NCBI GenBank assembly: GCA_965203805.1
Contig: OZ241917.1
Location: 1,600,001-1,664,000 of the forward strand
Direction: 5' to 3'
Length of the DNA stretch: 64,000 nucleotides
Origin: Candidatus Latescibacterota bacterium
GTDB lineage: Bacteria; Latescibacterota; UBA2968; GCA-2709665
The notes beneath the pieces are model-generated. The model saw nothing but the letters and a program-made list of their open reading frames with translations, was not told the DNA's origin and did no database searches. Positions within the stretch are counted from its first letter, which is position 1. The number at the start of each line of letters is the position of its first letter. Made by a program: the position numbers and the translations under genes. Shown piece by piece: positions 1-9,436 of this stretch.

Positions 1-510
1 CACACCCGCGTCAGGGCGGAGGCGATCATGGGTGTATAACCGCCTCATGGCTTCAGCAATTCCAGTCTCTTCCATACCCTCCAGAGTATTCCCCACCGGA
101 CAGAGAACGAGAGCCCTTTCGACTGAAAGTCGCGGAAACGGATAGGTCTCCCTCGCGAATTGGTATTCGTAGGCGTATCCGCAGACCCAAACCCGGTCGA
201 ACCATCCCTTCAGCTTTGCCGGACAATCGCTCCACCAGACGGGAAAGACAAAGGCCAGGCCGTCTGCCCTGCCGATCTTGCTGTGTTCCGCCTGCACCTC
301 CGATGGTACGGGGAGAGTGGAGCGATTGCCCTGAACGTTCATCTCGCGAATGTACTCATCCGGACTCATTTCGCATTTGAAGTCCATTTCATACAAATCG
401 CCGATCTCGTATGTATGCCCTCCGTCGTCGAGTCCTCGACACAACTCGCCCAGGACCTCTCCGGTAAAAGACGTCCTCGCAGGATGCGCGAAGACGACGT
501 ATGCATGCAT
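1..510 (-). CDS. NAD(P)H-dependent oxidoreductase, flavodoxin-like fold (runs off left edge; absent from ORF track)
   Basis: Manual translation MHAYVVFAHPARTSF...DLYEMDF...ADGLAFVFPVWWSDCPAKLKGWFDRVW; GGAGG RBS upstream; frame open to position 1. Confidence 0.9.
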   Translation of the reverse strand, partial: MHAYVVFAHPARTSFTGEVLGELCRGLDDGGHTYEIGDLYEMDFKCEMSPDEYIREMNVQGNRSTLPVPSEVQAEHSKIGRADGLAFVFPVWWSDCPAKLKGWFDRVWVCGYAYEYQFARETYPFPRLSVERALVLCPVGNTLEGMEETGIAEAMRRLYTHDRLRPDAGV

Positions 511-593
511 AAACGACCTCCGAAGGGGATGCCAATTCCAGGTCGCGACCACCGCCGCAACGCAAAACGCGCTGTTTTCGAAAGGAGATTCAA

Positions 594-1361
594 CTAAGCA
601 TGCGCCGTCACGATTGGCTGAAAAAAGCCAGACCTTTCAGGTTCATGCCAGGCGATTTTCGTAAATCCTGCGGACTCCAGGGCGAGAGTGACCTCTTTGC
701 GCCGAATTGCCCGGTAGCGAGTCCGAATCTCTCTTACCTGCCATCCACTCGGTGTCCGGGTCATTATGAAAAGCCTGACTAAATAGGTATCTGATTTCCT
801 GGACCAGTCCCAGACCTGAAACGTTATGACCTCGCGCTCCGATATACCCTGGACGTTCGCGCCCATAAACGACGGTCGTTCCGCGAGCAGCCGATCGTAA
901 TCGCGGATACTGGCAATGAACAGTCCATTACTCGTCAGTGTGCGCCCAATGCTCCGGAGACCGAGAGTCAAGTCTTCATCAGTCAAGAGGTGGGGTAATG
1001 AGTTGTCACAATTTATAACTACGTCGAATTTGTGTGCGAAGGCACATTCCACCTCGCGAACATCGGCGACGGCGAATTCAATCTTCAGCCCCCGGTCAGC
1101 TGCTTCTGATTTCGCCCTGGCAATCGCCTTCGGGCTTAGATCTGACGCGAAGACTTCGTATCCTCGCTGCGCCAGGCCAATTGCCTGAGTGCCTATTCCG
1201 CATGAGCAGTCCAGGACACGCGATGGATTTACTGACGATTCGTATCGAATTATCCGATCCAGTACACACGACTGCCGTTCGATTGCAGATTCCCACTTTG
1301 CGTAAACGTGATGGTAGTCAGCTGCTAACTCATCATAAAAACGTCTGACGTCGTCGCTCAA
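594..1361 (-). CDS. class I SAM-dependent methyltransferase
   Basis: VLDCSCGIGTQ motif I; DNSLPHL. Confidence 0.9.
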   Translation of the reverse strand: MSDDVRRFYDELAADYHHVYAKWESAIERQSCVLDRIIRYESSVNPSRVLDCSCGIGTQAIGLAQRGYEVFASDLSPKAIARAKSEAADRGLKIEFAVADVREVECAFAHKFDVVINCDNSLPHLLTDEDLTLGLRSIGRTLTSNGLFIASIRDYDRLLAERPSFMGANVQGISEREVITFQVWDWSRKSDTYLVRLFIMTRTPSGWQVREIRTRYRAIRRKEVTLALESAGFTKIAWHEPERSGFFQPIVTAHA

Positions 1362-1391
1362 CGTTAGTAACTCCCTTGAATGAGTCTATTT

Positions 1392-1480
1392 CCAAAACCG
1401 TCCCACGGGTTGCGAAACTGCCGTAGGTAAGTCACGTCGGAGGCGCGAACCCGCCGGAGCCGCAGTGTGGCGTGTTAGCA
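1392..1480 (-). repeat. attC-like site (degenerate)
   Basis: GGTTGCGAA..CCGGAGCCGCAG..CGTGTTAGCA matches family consensus; left core eroded (CAAAAC). Confidence 0.65.
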
Positions 1481-1527
1481 GAATACCGTTTTCACCAGCC
1501 TCTTTCGCTCGGCGACGATGGCGCGGA

Positions 1528-2352
1528 TCAACTGCGTCTCATACCTGACATGCCCTGCAGTTGATCTTCGATCCATTCCATCCACTCAACCAGATATGAC
1601 AGATATTCCTCTACTTCCCTCTCACTCGGTTTGATCGGATGAACATAGATTTCAGAAGTTCTCCTCAGAAATCCTCGCCAATCCGGTGAGGCTTCTTCCA
1701 GCAGCGGAAGAACCACGGACCCCTTGAGGGAATACCCTCCCCCGCTTGCCATGAGGAGATACCCGCCGCCCAGTACGGCCAGGCGTCCGAGCTTACGGAG
1801 GCGCAACGAGGGCTCGTCAGGAAGGGAGAAGTCGGTTGTATTCTCCTCCTGCAATCCCGCTGCATATCGGACAAGTTCCCGGGGGTCGCGGAACGCGCCG
1901 ACGGGATCGGGGGGTGGAATCTCCATCCCTTTGATCAGGTCCTCTCCCCAGACGAGCGTTGCGTCGTAGGAAAGACGCGTTGCGACCTCGGATATCCTGT
2001 CAACAGATCGCGGTCGCACAAGCCCATGAAGTGAGCGGAATTCCTCTCGAAGGGATGCCTCAGATTTCCGCAACCGGAACCTGTCCGCATCGGAGACGGC
2101 GTCCAGGATAAACGGATGCAGGTCAAGATCGGAAACTCCGGGTACAGCTTCATTCCGATGAACACTTCCCCACACATAGACCGAGACAAGCCGCTCTGCG
2201 AATACTTCGAAATACACCGAGACGTGGCCCACGACGGCGTCTCTGAAGAAGGCATCCGTGATGGAGTCGAGATTGATGTACCTGCTGTCGCCAGCGACAT
2301 TCATCTTCCCATCATGTCCGGTTGAGGAAGTCCAAGTTCCTGAATCGTCCAC
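1528..2352 (-). CDS. nucleotidyltransferase-domain protein (5' end uncertain)
   Basis: VYVWGSVHRNEAVPGVSDLDL GS..DxD motif. Confidence 0.75.
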   Translation of the reverse strand: MDDSGTWTSSTGHDGKMNVAGDSRYINLDSITDAFFRDAVVGHVSVYFEVFAERLVSVYVWGSVHRNEAVPGVSDLDLHPFILDAVSDADRFRLRKSEASLREEFRSLHGLVRPRSVDRISEVATRLSYDATLVWGEDLIKGMEIPPPDPVGAFRDPRELVRYAAGLQEENTTDFSLPDEPSLRLRKLGRLAVLGGGYLLMASGGGYSLKGSVVLPLLEEASPDWRGFLRRTSEIYVHPIKPSEREVEEYLSYLVEWMEWIEDQLQGMSGMRRS

Positions 2353-2909
2353 TCAAGACCTGTAATTAGCTGCGCCCTCTGCAGTTTGCGAACCAACGGT
2401 GTATGAGGCAGGTCCGGCAACCCTGCACGCGAAGCGAAATAACCCGTAACATACGACGCCATGTGACCCGCGTCCGCAAGGATATCCCGTGGCGGCGGTC
2501 CACCCTCGTGGCGAAGGCCCGGCAGCCAAAAGGCAATGTCGAGGTCAGGATTGCCGGAGCAGGCGTTGTTCCAGTCGATCAATACAGCCCGGTCGGCACG
2601 AAAGCAGATATTGTCGCTTCTCACGTCAAGATGGACAAGCGCCTTGCCTTCCGGTTCAACGCTATTGTGCGCCTCCAGGAGGGTGGGTAGACACTCTGTC
2701 AACCACGATTCGCTTGCAACGCGTGTCGACAGGAAGGCCTCGGGGTGCGCCGCAACGTCGTGCCAACCTCTATGGGCAAAGACCTCACGATATTCCGGCA
2801 CACTCGCATGGCTCCCATGTATCATTAACGGAGCGTTGACGAACAATTGCGTCACTTCCCGGACGGAGAGCGGCTGCCAATGGCTAAATGGAATCTCGGG
2901 AGTGGTCAT
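2301..2909 (-). pseudogene. in-frame chimera: N-terminus of the 14697-15305 nucleotidyltransferase fused to the C-terminal half of the 10373 APH-like kinase
   Basis: MTTPEIPFSHWQPLSVREVTQLF vs MTTPEIPFSQWQPLSVQELTQLF; then IHGSHASVPEY..HLDVRSDNICF as in the 10373 ORF. Confidence 0.85.
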
Positions 2910-2939
2910 ACAGTTCGCGTTCTGCGCACAAACGACGTC

Positions 2940-2991
2940 CGCTAACGGTCCGAAGGCCGGATGGCCGGAGTCGTGGTTGCTCGTGTTATGC
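2940..2991 (-). repeat. short attC-like site
   Basis: CGCTAAC...GGATGGCCGGAG..TCGTGTTATGC; stop codon of the 2986 gene lies in the core. Confidence 0.75.
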
Positions 2992-4029
2992 GAAGGTGAG
3001 TTTGCTGGATACGCTAGCAGGCTCCTTTGACATCACGTCACCCCAAATCGATGCTATTTGGTCCAACCAAACCTCCAAGTCCGACTTCGTCAGATTCTCA
3101 TTGAGAAGCCACGAAGCAGTCTCGCCTGCACGAACACCATACCACGTATACGCGTACAAGGCGTCGCGTTTATCATCGAGCTCGTTGACATCTTCACCCA
3201 CAGCCAAACGGGACGGATACGACATAAGGTGCCGCTCCACAACGTGAGTCGGGGCCTCCGAGAATCTTGTCTCAACCTGATCCGAGGCAAGAGAGAATAA
3301 ACCCACAAGTTCCTCCATAATTCGCTGCTCATGATACTCTTGAGCCAGTCTGCAGAACCGAGTGAACACCCTACCAAATGATCGGTCCCCCTGTCCCCAC
3401 CTCTCCATGAGAAAAGGAATGAACACACGTCCAAGTTCCTGAATGGTGATGCTCGCCCCGATAAGATCATCGGAGTCCAGTTCGGACTGGAATCTCCGGA
3501 CAAGCCGGGTCGTGCGTTTGGTGCGCTCGATTTGGCGCGCATGTACGACTCGTTCGTCAAATCGACCAGTCGTGAGCAGATCAGCAAGCGCCGAGGTATC
3601 GCAGCCCGCTGAGGCATACACTGGCTTTCCAAGATGGCTCTTGTCAGTTGCGTGAAAGGTCCTATCATCTGCCATCAGCTCTGCAAGATGGCGCTTGCCT
3701 TGAATCAGGTCTTCCGCCTCCGCCGCCGTAAAGTGAAGACGACCCGCGTCGACCGACGTTGCCCACCTGTCTCGTGACCACTCTCGCGTGATTGCCAGGG
3801 ACAGGTCGTCTATTCTGTTGGGAAGGTTTTCATCTGCATCTTTAGCTATCACATAAATCAGATCAATATCAGAGATCGGCCAGGCTGTTCCTCGTCCGAC
3901 GCTTCCTCCGAGTATCACACCCGCAAGGCCAGAAACAGAAGCGATCCGTTCGATTGCTTCGGAGGTTCTGTCTTGGAGAATCTGCTTCCAGTTCGCCAAG
4001 TACTCTTGAAAGAGATCAGCTTTGAACAA
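2986..4029 (-). CDS. nucleotidyltransferase-domain protein
   Basis: LGGSVGRGTAWPISDIDL. Confidence 0.8.
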   Translation of the reverse strand: MFKADLFQEYLANWKQILQDRTSEAIERIASVSGLAGVILGGSVGRGTAWPISDIDLIYVIAKDADENLPNRIDDLSLAITREWSRDRWATSVDAGRLHFTAAEAEDLIQGKRHLAELMADDRTFHATDKSHLGKPVYASAGCDTSALADLLTTGRFDERVVHARQIERTKRTTRLVRRFQSELDSDDLIGASITIQELGRVFIPFLMERWGQGDRSFGRVFTRFCRLAQEYHEQRIMEELVGLFSLASDQVETRFSEAPTHVVERHLMSYPSRLAVGEDVNELDDKRDALYAYTWYGVRAGETASWLLNENLTKSDLEVWLDQIASIWGDVMSKEPASVSSKLTFA

Positions 4030-4043
4030 ACGAACTCACTTTC

Positions 4044-4057
4044 GCATAACGTTTCCG
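4044..4057 (-). repeat. collapsed attC (both cores abutting, interior missing)
   Basis: GCATAAC directly followed by GTTTCCG; right flank homologous to the flank of the 26395 site. Confidence 0.6.
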
Positions 4058-4123
4058 GCAGGCGACCATTATTGGCGAAGCCAATCACGACTATCCGGCG
4101 CGGGGGCAACCTGGCCCGGGGTT

Positions 4124-4912
4124 CTATGTTCTCCTGAGTAAGATGATCGGACGGTTGATCTTCCCATCGCCGCTTAGTGGAGTTGAGAGATCCCATTCAT
4201 TCCACCATCCGAGAAACTTGAAGTCGGAGCGCGCAGAAATGAAGAATAGAAACTCTTGAGAGAAGATCACTCGCTTGACAGATGTTCCTTCAACTTTATT
4301 GACCTCTCCGTCCTTTAGAACCTCGAGGCATTCGGTATCCTCGTAGAGTTGCTCTACTCTGTCCAAAACTCGCGAAGCGAAACTGACCTTCACGACGACA
4401 CCATTCTTCTCGACTTCCCAGAAATTCTCACTGGAATCCTGATTATCGAACCTGACGCACCAATCAAGCAGATAAAGACCTCCTGGCCTCAATGTCCTGG
4501 CGACTGCGTCGAAATGTGAGACAAGCTCCTCGCTGCTCTTCACAAAAAGAGAGCCGAGCATCACGAAGGCGAAATCAACAGTCTGGTCGATCTGAAAGTC
4601 GACCAGGTTCGCCTTCAGAAACTGCGCGTAAGCTCCCCTTTTCCTGGCTTTCTCCTTCGAATACGTGAGCATCTCGTCATTGATGTCGATTCCTATGAAA
4701 TTGTAGCCTCTCCTTGTAAGCTCTTCCATGTGGGTGCTGTTGCCGCATCCGATTTCGAGGAAGGCTTTGACAGGGACCTCTGCAAAGCGACGGGCGGCCT
4801 CTTCCAGAACGTCTACCTCCCGCGGAATATCGCGGAAAGAGAACGCGATCTCATTGTACTCGGGAAGTTGGTAGATGTTATTCAAGGTTTTCCCCATATT
4901 GACTTGAGTCAC
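4124..4912 (-). CDS. class I SAM-dependent methyltransferase (paralog of 26515)
   Basis: FLEIGCGNS; near-identical to the 26515..27321 protein. Confidence 0.9.
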   Translation of the reverse strand: MTQVNMGKTLNNIYQLPEYNEIAFSFRDIPREVDVLEEAARRFAEVPVKAFLEIGCGNSTHMEELTRRGYNFIGIDINDEMLTYSKEKARKRGAYAQFLKANLVDFQIDQTVDFAFVMLGSLFVKSSEELVSHFDAVARTLRPGGLYLLDWCVRFDNQDSSENFWEVEKNGVVVKVSFASRVLDRVEQLYEDTECLEVLKDGEVNKVEGTSVKRVIFSQEFLFFISARSDFKFLGWWNEWDLSTPLSGDGKINRPIILLRRT

Positions 4913-4916
4913 TTGC

Positions 4917-5054
4917 GGGTAACGTTTGAATCTCTTGACTTCGGATTTCCATGATACATCAGGTCACTGGACGTGAAGGAAAAAAATGTCCTTTCGGGCG
5001 ACTTTTTCGGCTCGTTTCGGAAGGTCTCGTCGCAGCACCGCGTTGCTGTTATTG
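4917..5054 (-). repeat. attC-like site interrupted by a 71-bp foreign segment
   Basis: GGGTAACGTT ... CGCAGCACCGCGTTGCTGTTATTG. Confidence 0.5.
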
Positions 5055-5069
5055 TCGCATTGAGGTTAA

Positions 5070-6053
5070 TTATGAAACGGCTCTTGATGTCTCGGAGAGC
5101 TCATTTCTTCCAATCGTGCCTATCGAACCAAGCATCGAGCCGATCATCACCAGAAGGGCGCCTACCAGACTGAGGCTGTTGAGTCCTTCTGGCTTAAGGA
5201 TATCCGGAAGCATCGGGGCGAAAAAGGCCATACCTGCTACTGTGATAAGGGGCGTCGTAGCAAGGACAACGCCGACTCTGGATGCCTCGATGTGGTCAAG
5301 TGCTTCTGCAAAACTCAGATAGGATATGAGTGTAATCAGCGCGCAAAGAGTAAGCAATGCAGATTGGAACCGACTCAATTGGAACAACTCAGTGGGATGC
5401 GAAAATGAGAAAAAGATCAGTGAGCCTGCCAGATAGATGAGAAACAAAATTGACTCCGAAGGAACAGACTTCAGCAATTGCTTCTGAGATAGGGCGTATA
5501 CGGCCCAGGACGCGGCGGCGGCAATCGTGATCAGAATCCCGGGTAATAGTGAACCGGCGCCAGAGAAGATTTCTGAATACCGCTGATTAAAGAACAAAAT
5601 CAATCCGATGATCAATGTGACGAGTCCAAGACCTTGTAACGTGCTGAAAGATTCCCGGAAGATGGCAAGACTGCCTATCAACAGGAACATGGGCGCTGCT
5701 TGAATGACCACCTGAACCGTGCTGGGTGAGACAAATTCCAATCCCCATAGGTAGAGTGCGAAATTTCCACACAATCCTGTAACTGCAAGAAACAGAAGTA
5801 GAATCTTGAAACCTCGGAGTCTAAAAGCTTGAGCAAACCCATTCTTCCGGGCAACGACTATAGCCAACAATAGGGCGGCTACACCGAAGCGGAACCATGT
5901 AATCGTGATCACATCCAGACTGCTCAACAAGCCTTTCAGGACAATGGGCAATACTCCGAATAGAAGTGCTGTCAAGATGGACAGCATGAATCCAAATTGC
6001 CAGTGACCGGTAGGTGTATGGGTATTCATCCTACAGTTCCGATTTGGTGCCAT
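5070..6053 (-). CDS. DMT/EamA family transporter
   Basis: About 10 hydrophobic segments; ITITWFRF, two EamA repeats. Confidence 0.9.
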   Translation of the reverse strand: MAPNRNCRMNTHTPTGHWQFGFMLSILTALLFGVLPIVLKGLLSSLDVITITWFRFGVAALLLAIVVARKNGFAQAFRLRGFKILLLFLAVTGLCGNFALYLWGLEFVSPSTVQVVIQAAPMFLLIGSLAIFRESFSTLQGLGLVTLIIGLILFFNQRYSEIFSGAGSLLPGILITIAAAASWAVYALSQKQLLKSVPSESILFLIYLAGSLIFFSFSHPTELFQLSRFQSALLTLCALITLISYLSFAEALDHIEASRVGVVLATTPLITVAGMAFFAPMLPDILKPEGLNSLSLVGALLVMIGSMLGSIGTIGRNELSETSRAVS

Positions 6054-6115
6054 TGAGTTCTATGCCCGATTTGCCAGTGTGATGTAGTAAGGTTCTTGCG
6101 CCGCCGGCGTGTAAC

Positions 6116-7558
6116 TCACGTACCATTCAATCCCGCAAGATATTCGGCGATTTCCTTATGTCCCGCGTACCGTGCCCAGTCTTCCGGCGTGGCGTCGTGT
6201 CGATGATCTCTGATGTTCACGTCGATCCCTTTACGAACGAGATACACCACCTGTTCCATGCGGCCGGCGAAGGCGCATTCGTGCAGGATGCTGGCAGGCT
6301 CGTGGGTACTCCATCTCGTATTGATATTCGCGCCGTGATCCAGGAGATAGTCCGCGATTTGATAATTGCCGTTCTGCACCGCCCATGCCAACGCCCTGTC
6401 GACGATCTCCTGAACGCCGGCCAATGGTGTTTCTCCGGGTGGACAGACATACAGGGATGGATCACCCAACCGCGGATAGCCGTTGGTGAACCTCTTTGCG
6501 ACAGCGTCCATGTTGCCCAGACCGGCAGCGTGGGGCAGATCGTCAGGCACGGACCAGATCTGCGACAGGGCCGGAACATAGTCGGCATTCCCGTATTCGA
6601 TAGCATAGAGGATGGCGCGCGACGCCGGCGGTTCAGCCACCGTGGCGATGGCCGCGCCGCACGTGATCACGGCTTCGATCACCGGCAGCTTTCCATGGGA
6701 GCATGCCGCGACTGCAAGCAATTTCTCCTGCGTCTCGAGATATCGGGGTCCGAGTAGAAAGGGTTCGGTGGCGAGCAGATCGCGAATGGAATCCGCGTCT
6801 CCGTCGTCCAATGCAGCCAACAGCCGCAATTCCACGGCCCGGCGCCAGATCAGACCGGGATCGTCGTCCGCCTCCCTGTAGGAAAGCGTTTGTCTTCCCC
6901 CCTCAGGCCCCTTCTCCAGCAGGAAATCGATAAAGGCCGTTTTCCCCCGCCAGGCGTCCACGCGAGTTCCTAGATCGTCGTCGAACTGAAGGCAACGATC
7001 CATCAGGAAGTGCGCGACGTCGTGATGACCCAACCGGCAGGCATAGAGGAACGCATCGGCAACGATCAGCCGTTCATCCGCTGGATCGGGCCAATCCGCC
7101 TCAGCGCCGGTGTAACCGGTGCGCAGTTCCGGCTCCGGGCGTCCGACGTCGTGCAGGCCGCCGGCGGGGTCGAAACATTCCCGCACCCCATCGAGATCGC
7201 CCCTCGCGGTCAACGTTCGAAGGTTTTCCGGCAGTACGCCCTTCCCGTCAAACAGCGCCAGCATGCCGTGGGCGCCGGTGTCGATTGCCCTCAAGTACAC
7301 CCGGGGATGCATAACCGCGCCAGCGTCGAGCAGAAGGCGGGCACAGTCGGGCCGGTTGTAGACGCATTCATTCTCGGCGCCGGGAAAGTTGGCATACGAA
7401 ATGACGGCGTAGAGCAGAACGCCGCACTCGTCGTCCGGATTGTTCCACGTGAGCAGACCCGGGTGCTCCGCAACGAGACTCTCCAGGCGAGCGCTATCGT
7501 TGTCGTGGATGGCCTTCTCGGCTGCTTCTACAGCCCACTTCAACTCAGGAGCGGACAT
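6116..7558 (-). CDS. ankyrin repeat protein
   Basis: ALAWAVQNGNYQIADYLLDHGANIN; ILHECAFAGRMEQVVYLVRKGIDVN. Confidence 0.85.
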   Translation of the reverse strand: MSAPELKWAVEAAEKAIHDNDSARLESLVAEHPGLLTWNNPDDECGVLLYAVISYANFPGAENECVYNRPDCARLLLDAGAVMHPRVYLRAIDTGAHGMLALFDGKGVLPENLRTLTARGDLDGVRECFDPAGGLHDVGRPEPELRTGYTGAEADWPDPADERLIVADAFLYACRLGHHDVAHFLMDRCLQFDDDLGTRVDAWRGKTAFIDFLLEKGPEGGRQTLSYREADDDPGLIWRRAVELRLLAALDDGDADSIRDLLATEPFLLGPRYLETQEKLLAVAACSHGKLPVIEAVITCGAAIATVAEPPASRAILYAIEYGNADYVPALSQIWSVPDDLPHAAGLGNMDAVAKRFTNGYPRLGDPSLYVCPPGETPLAGVQEIVDRALAWAVQNGNYQIADYLLDHGANINTRWSTHEPASILHECAFAGRMEQVVYLVRKGIDVNIRDHRHDATPEDWARYAGHKEIAEYLAGLNGT

Positions 7559-7573
7559 CGGTATTTCTGTCTC

Positions 7574-8524
7574 CTACATGAGATGGCGAAACGCATCCCT
7601 GGCACGCTGGAGCCTGGTTGTATCATCAACCAGACGGGCCAACCTGTGGAAACCATAGAGCGTTTTAATCCGGTGAGTCAGCCTTGCGCGATCCCTCCTT
7701 AGAGTGCCGCATTCCCAATAGACGGGGGTGCAGGGATCTTCTTCAGCCGGCGCTTCCGTCCCCAGTTCGTCCTCGACGTTCGGCAGGGTTCTCCACAGGC
7801 GGACATGACGATGGTGGGCCTCAAGTCCTTTCTGCGCCAGGTCAGCGTAGCCACACTCAGACAGATCGATCAGCGAAGCGGCATGGTTGATAACGTGCCA
7901 CAATCCCCCGTATCCCTGTCTCCGTTCGGCAGCTGTCTCAAGAAGCTCATCCAACACCGCTTCGATCATGCCCTCCAGATTGGAATACGGCGGAAAATCC
8001 GAATGTTCCGGCAACGTGATCATGTCGCCGTCAATCCGACCTTTTTCCCTCCCGTAGTAGCCGCTTCCAGCAGATGCCCGGTCAAAGCCCCCGATCAATC
8101 TGCATATGCCATCGATGATAGACGATGTTGCGTGCATGGGGTATTCCTGGAGCGCCCTAATGGAAAGAGAGGCGAAGATCACGTTGTGACCTGAGGAGCG
8201 TGTTTCTCCGATGTTTCTAGAGAGGACATGGGCGATGCGGTCAATCTGATCTACCTGCACGGCTTCGTCCGGATACGGCAGAAACAGTTCCGACGTTGTG
8301 ATGGATCCGCCCTCGCCCGGGTCGAATACCGACTCACCATTGAGGACACGATCCAGTTCCTTCTCTATACCCGCATGAACCTTCCTGTCCAATTCACTGT
8401 GTACCTTACTGAAGAGATAGCCAGCGACGAGAGTTGCGCCCAAATGTCCTGTCATGGTATCCACAAGGTGGGCTCGGCTCAGTCCCAACAGCCCTTTTTC
8501 CAGATACTCAGGTCTAACCGCCAT
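7574..8524 (-). CDS. conserved hypothetical protein (His-rich motifs)
   Basis: 316-aa ORF with RBS; GHLGA, SGHNVIFAS, HVINHAA. Confidence 0.75.
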   Translation of the reverse strand: MAVRPEYLEKGLLGLSRAHLVDTMTGHLGATLVAGYLFSKVHSELDRKVHAGIEKELDRVLNGESVFDPGEGGSITTSELFLPYPDEAVQVDQIDRIAHVLSRNIGETRSSGHNVIFASLSIRALQEYPMHATSSIIDGICRLIGGFDRASAGSGYYGREKGRIDGDMITLPEHSDFPPYSNLEGMIEAVLDELLETAAERRQGYGGLWHVINHAASLIDLSECGYADLAQKGLEAHHRHVRLWRTLPNVEDELGTEAPAEEDPCTPVYWECGTLRRDRARLTHRIKTLYGFHRLARLVDDTTRLQRARDAFRHLM

Positions 8525-8628
8525 ATGTCTTCTCCACGCCTTGACTCAGTGAGTCAGGCAACTCCCAAATGGCTTTCCGTCGCATCTTGAAACAGATACC
8601 CATTGATAGCGAGACAGCGGGACGTCGG

Positions 8629-9381
8629 CTATTGCCGTTCGTAGAGGGAATCAATCGGGAGATAGCCGGAATTAACCGGCAGAGCGCGCTCGACGATCCG
8701 GCCTCGCTGAACCTGAAGCGACCAGGCTCCGGATTCGGCATCGGCGGAGATGACCCTGTACCCGTCAGGCGTGAACGCGACGGCGCAGTCATTGTCGATG
8801 GCGAGGCCGTTTCCACCCTTTCGCTTTAACATATCGTGGAAATCCTGCCTCCTGGGTACGCCAGCTGTATCTCCGTTGTAGTGAGGACACGCCAGACCGC
8901 GCAGAAGTCCCATGCCGGTGACGGCTATGTAGCGCCAGTCGTCGGGGCTGTAGAAGGATATCGAGTCGCTGTGCCCGCGGTCGAACCAGCAGATCGCTCC
9001 TGCGCTCACGCCGCAGAGGACCGCGCCGTCTGTATGAGCCGCCCTGAGCAAGGCGTCGACACCAAGCCGCCGCCATCGGCGCATCATCTTGAGCGTGTTT
9101 CCACCACCGACGTAGATGATGTCGGCCCAGGCGATCTTTTCGGCTATGGACTCCGTCGATGGCGGTTGGCCAAGCAGGTAGAGCACATCGGTGTCGCACC
9201 CGTAGCTCTCTCGATACGCTCTGTCGAATGCTTCCCAGTACTCGACCGAATCGCTGCTTGCCGTCGGGATGAACAGGGTGTTTGGGTTTGATGATCCCGA
9301 CAGCTTGATGATTTCCACGTCGATGGGCCGGGTTGCCAGGGTGCTGATGTCTCCGCCACCTATTGCGACGATGCTTCCCAT
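8629..9381 (-). CDS. peptidase E / S51 family (class I glutamine amidotransferase-like)
   Basis: IVAIGGG, FIPTAS, YVGGGNT, GVSAGA, CPHY. Confidence 0.9.
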   Translation of the reverse strand: MGSIVAIGGGDISTLATRPIDVEIIKLSGSSNPNTLFIPTASSDSVEYWEAFDRAYRESYGCDTDVLYLLGQPPSTESIAEKIAWADIIYVGGGNTLKMMRRWRRLGVDALLRAAHTDGAVLCGVSAGAICWFDRGHSDSISFYSPDDWRYIAVTGMGLLRGLACPHYNGDTAGVPRRQDFHDMLKRKGGNGLAIDNDCAVAFTPDGYRVISADAESGAWSLQVQRGRIVERALPVNSGYLPIDSLYERQ

Positions 9382-9436
9382 CACATGACCCCGTTGGTAG
9401 TCAATCTGTGAGCAGCGCGAGACCTGCGGACCACAT

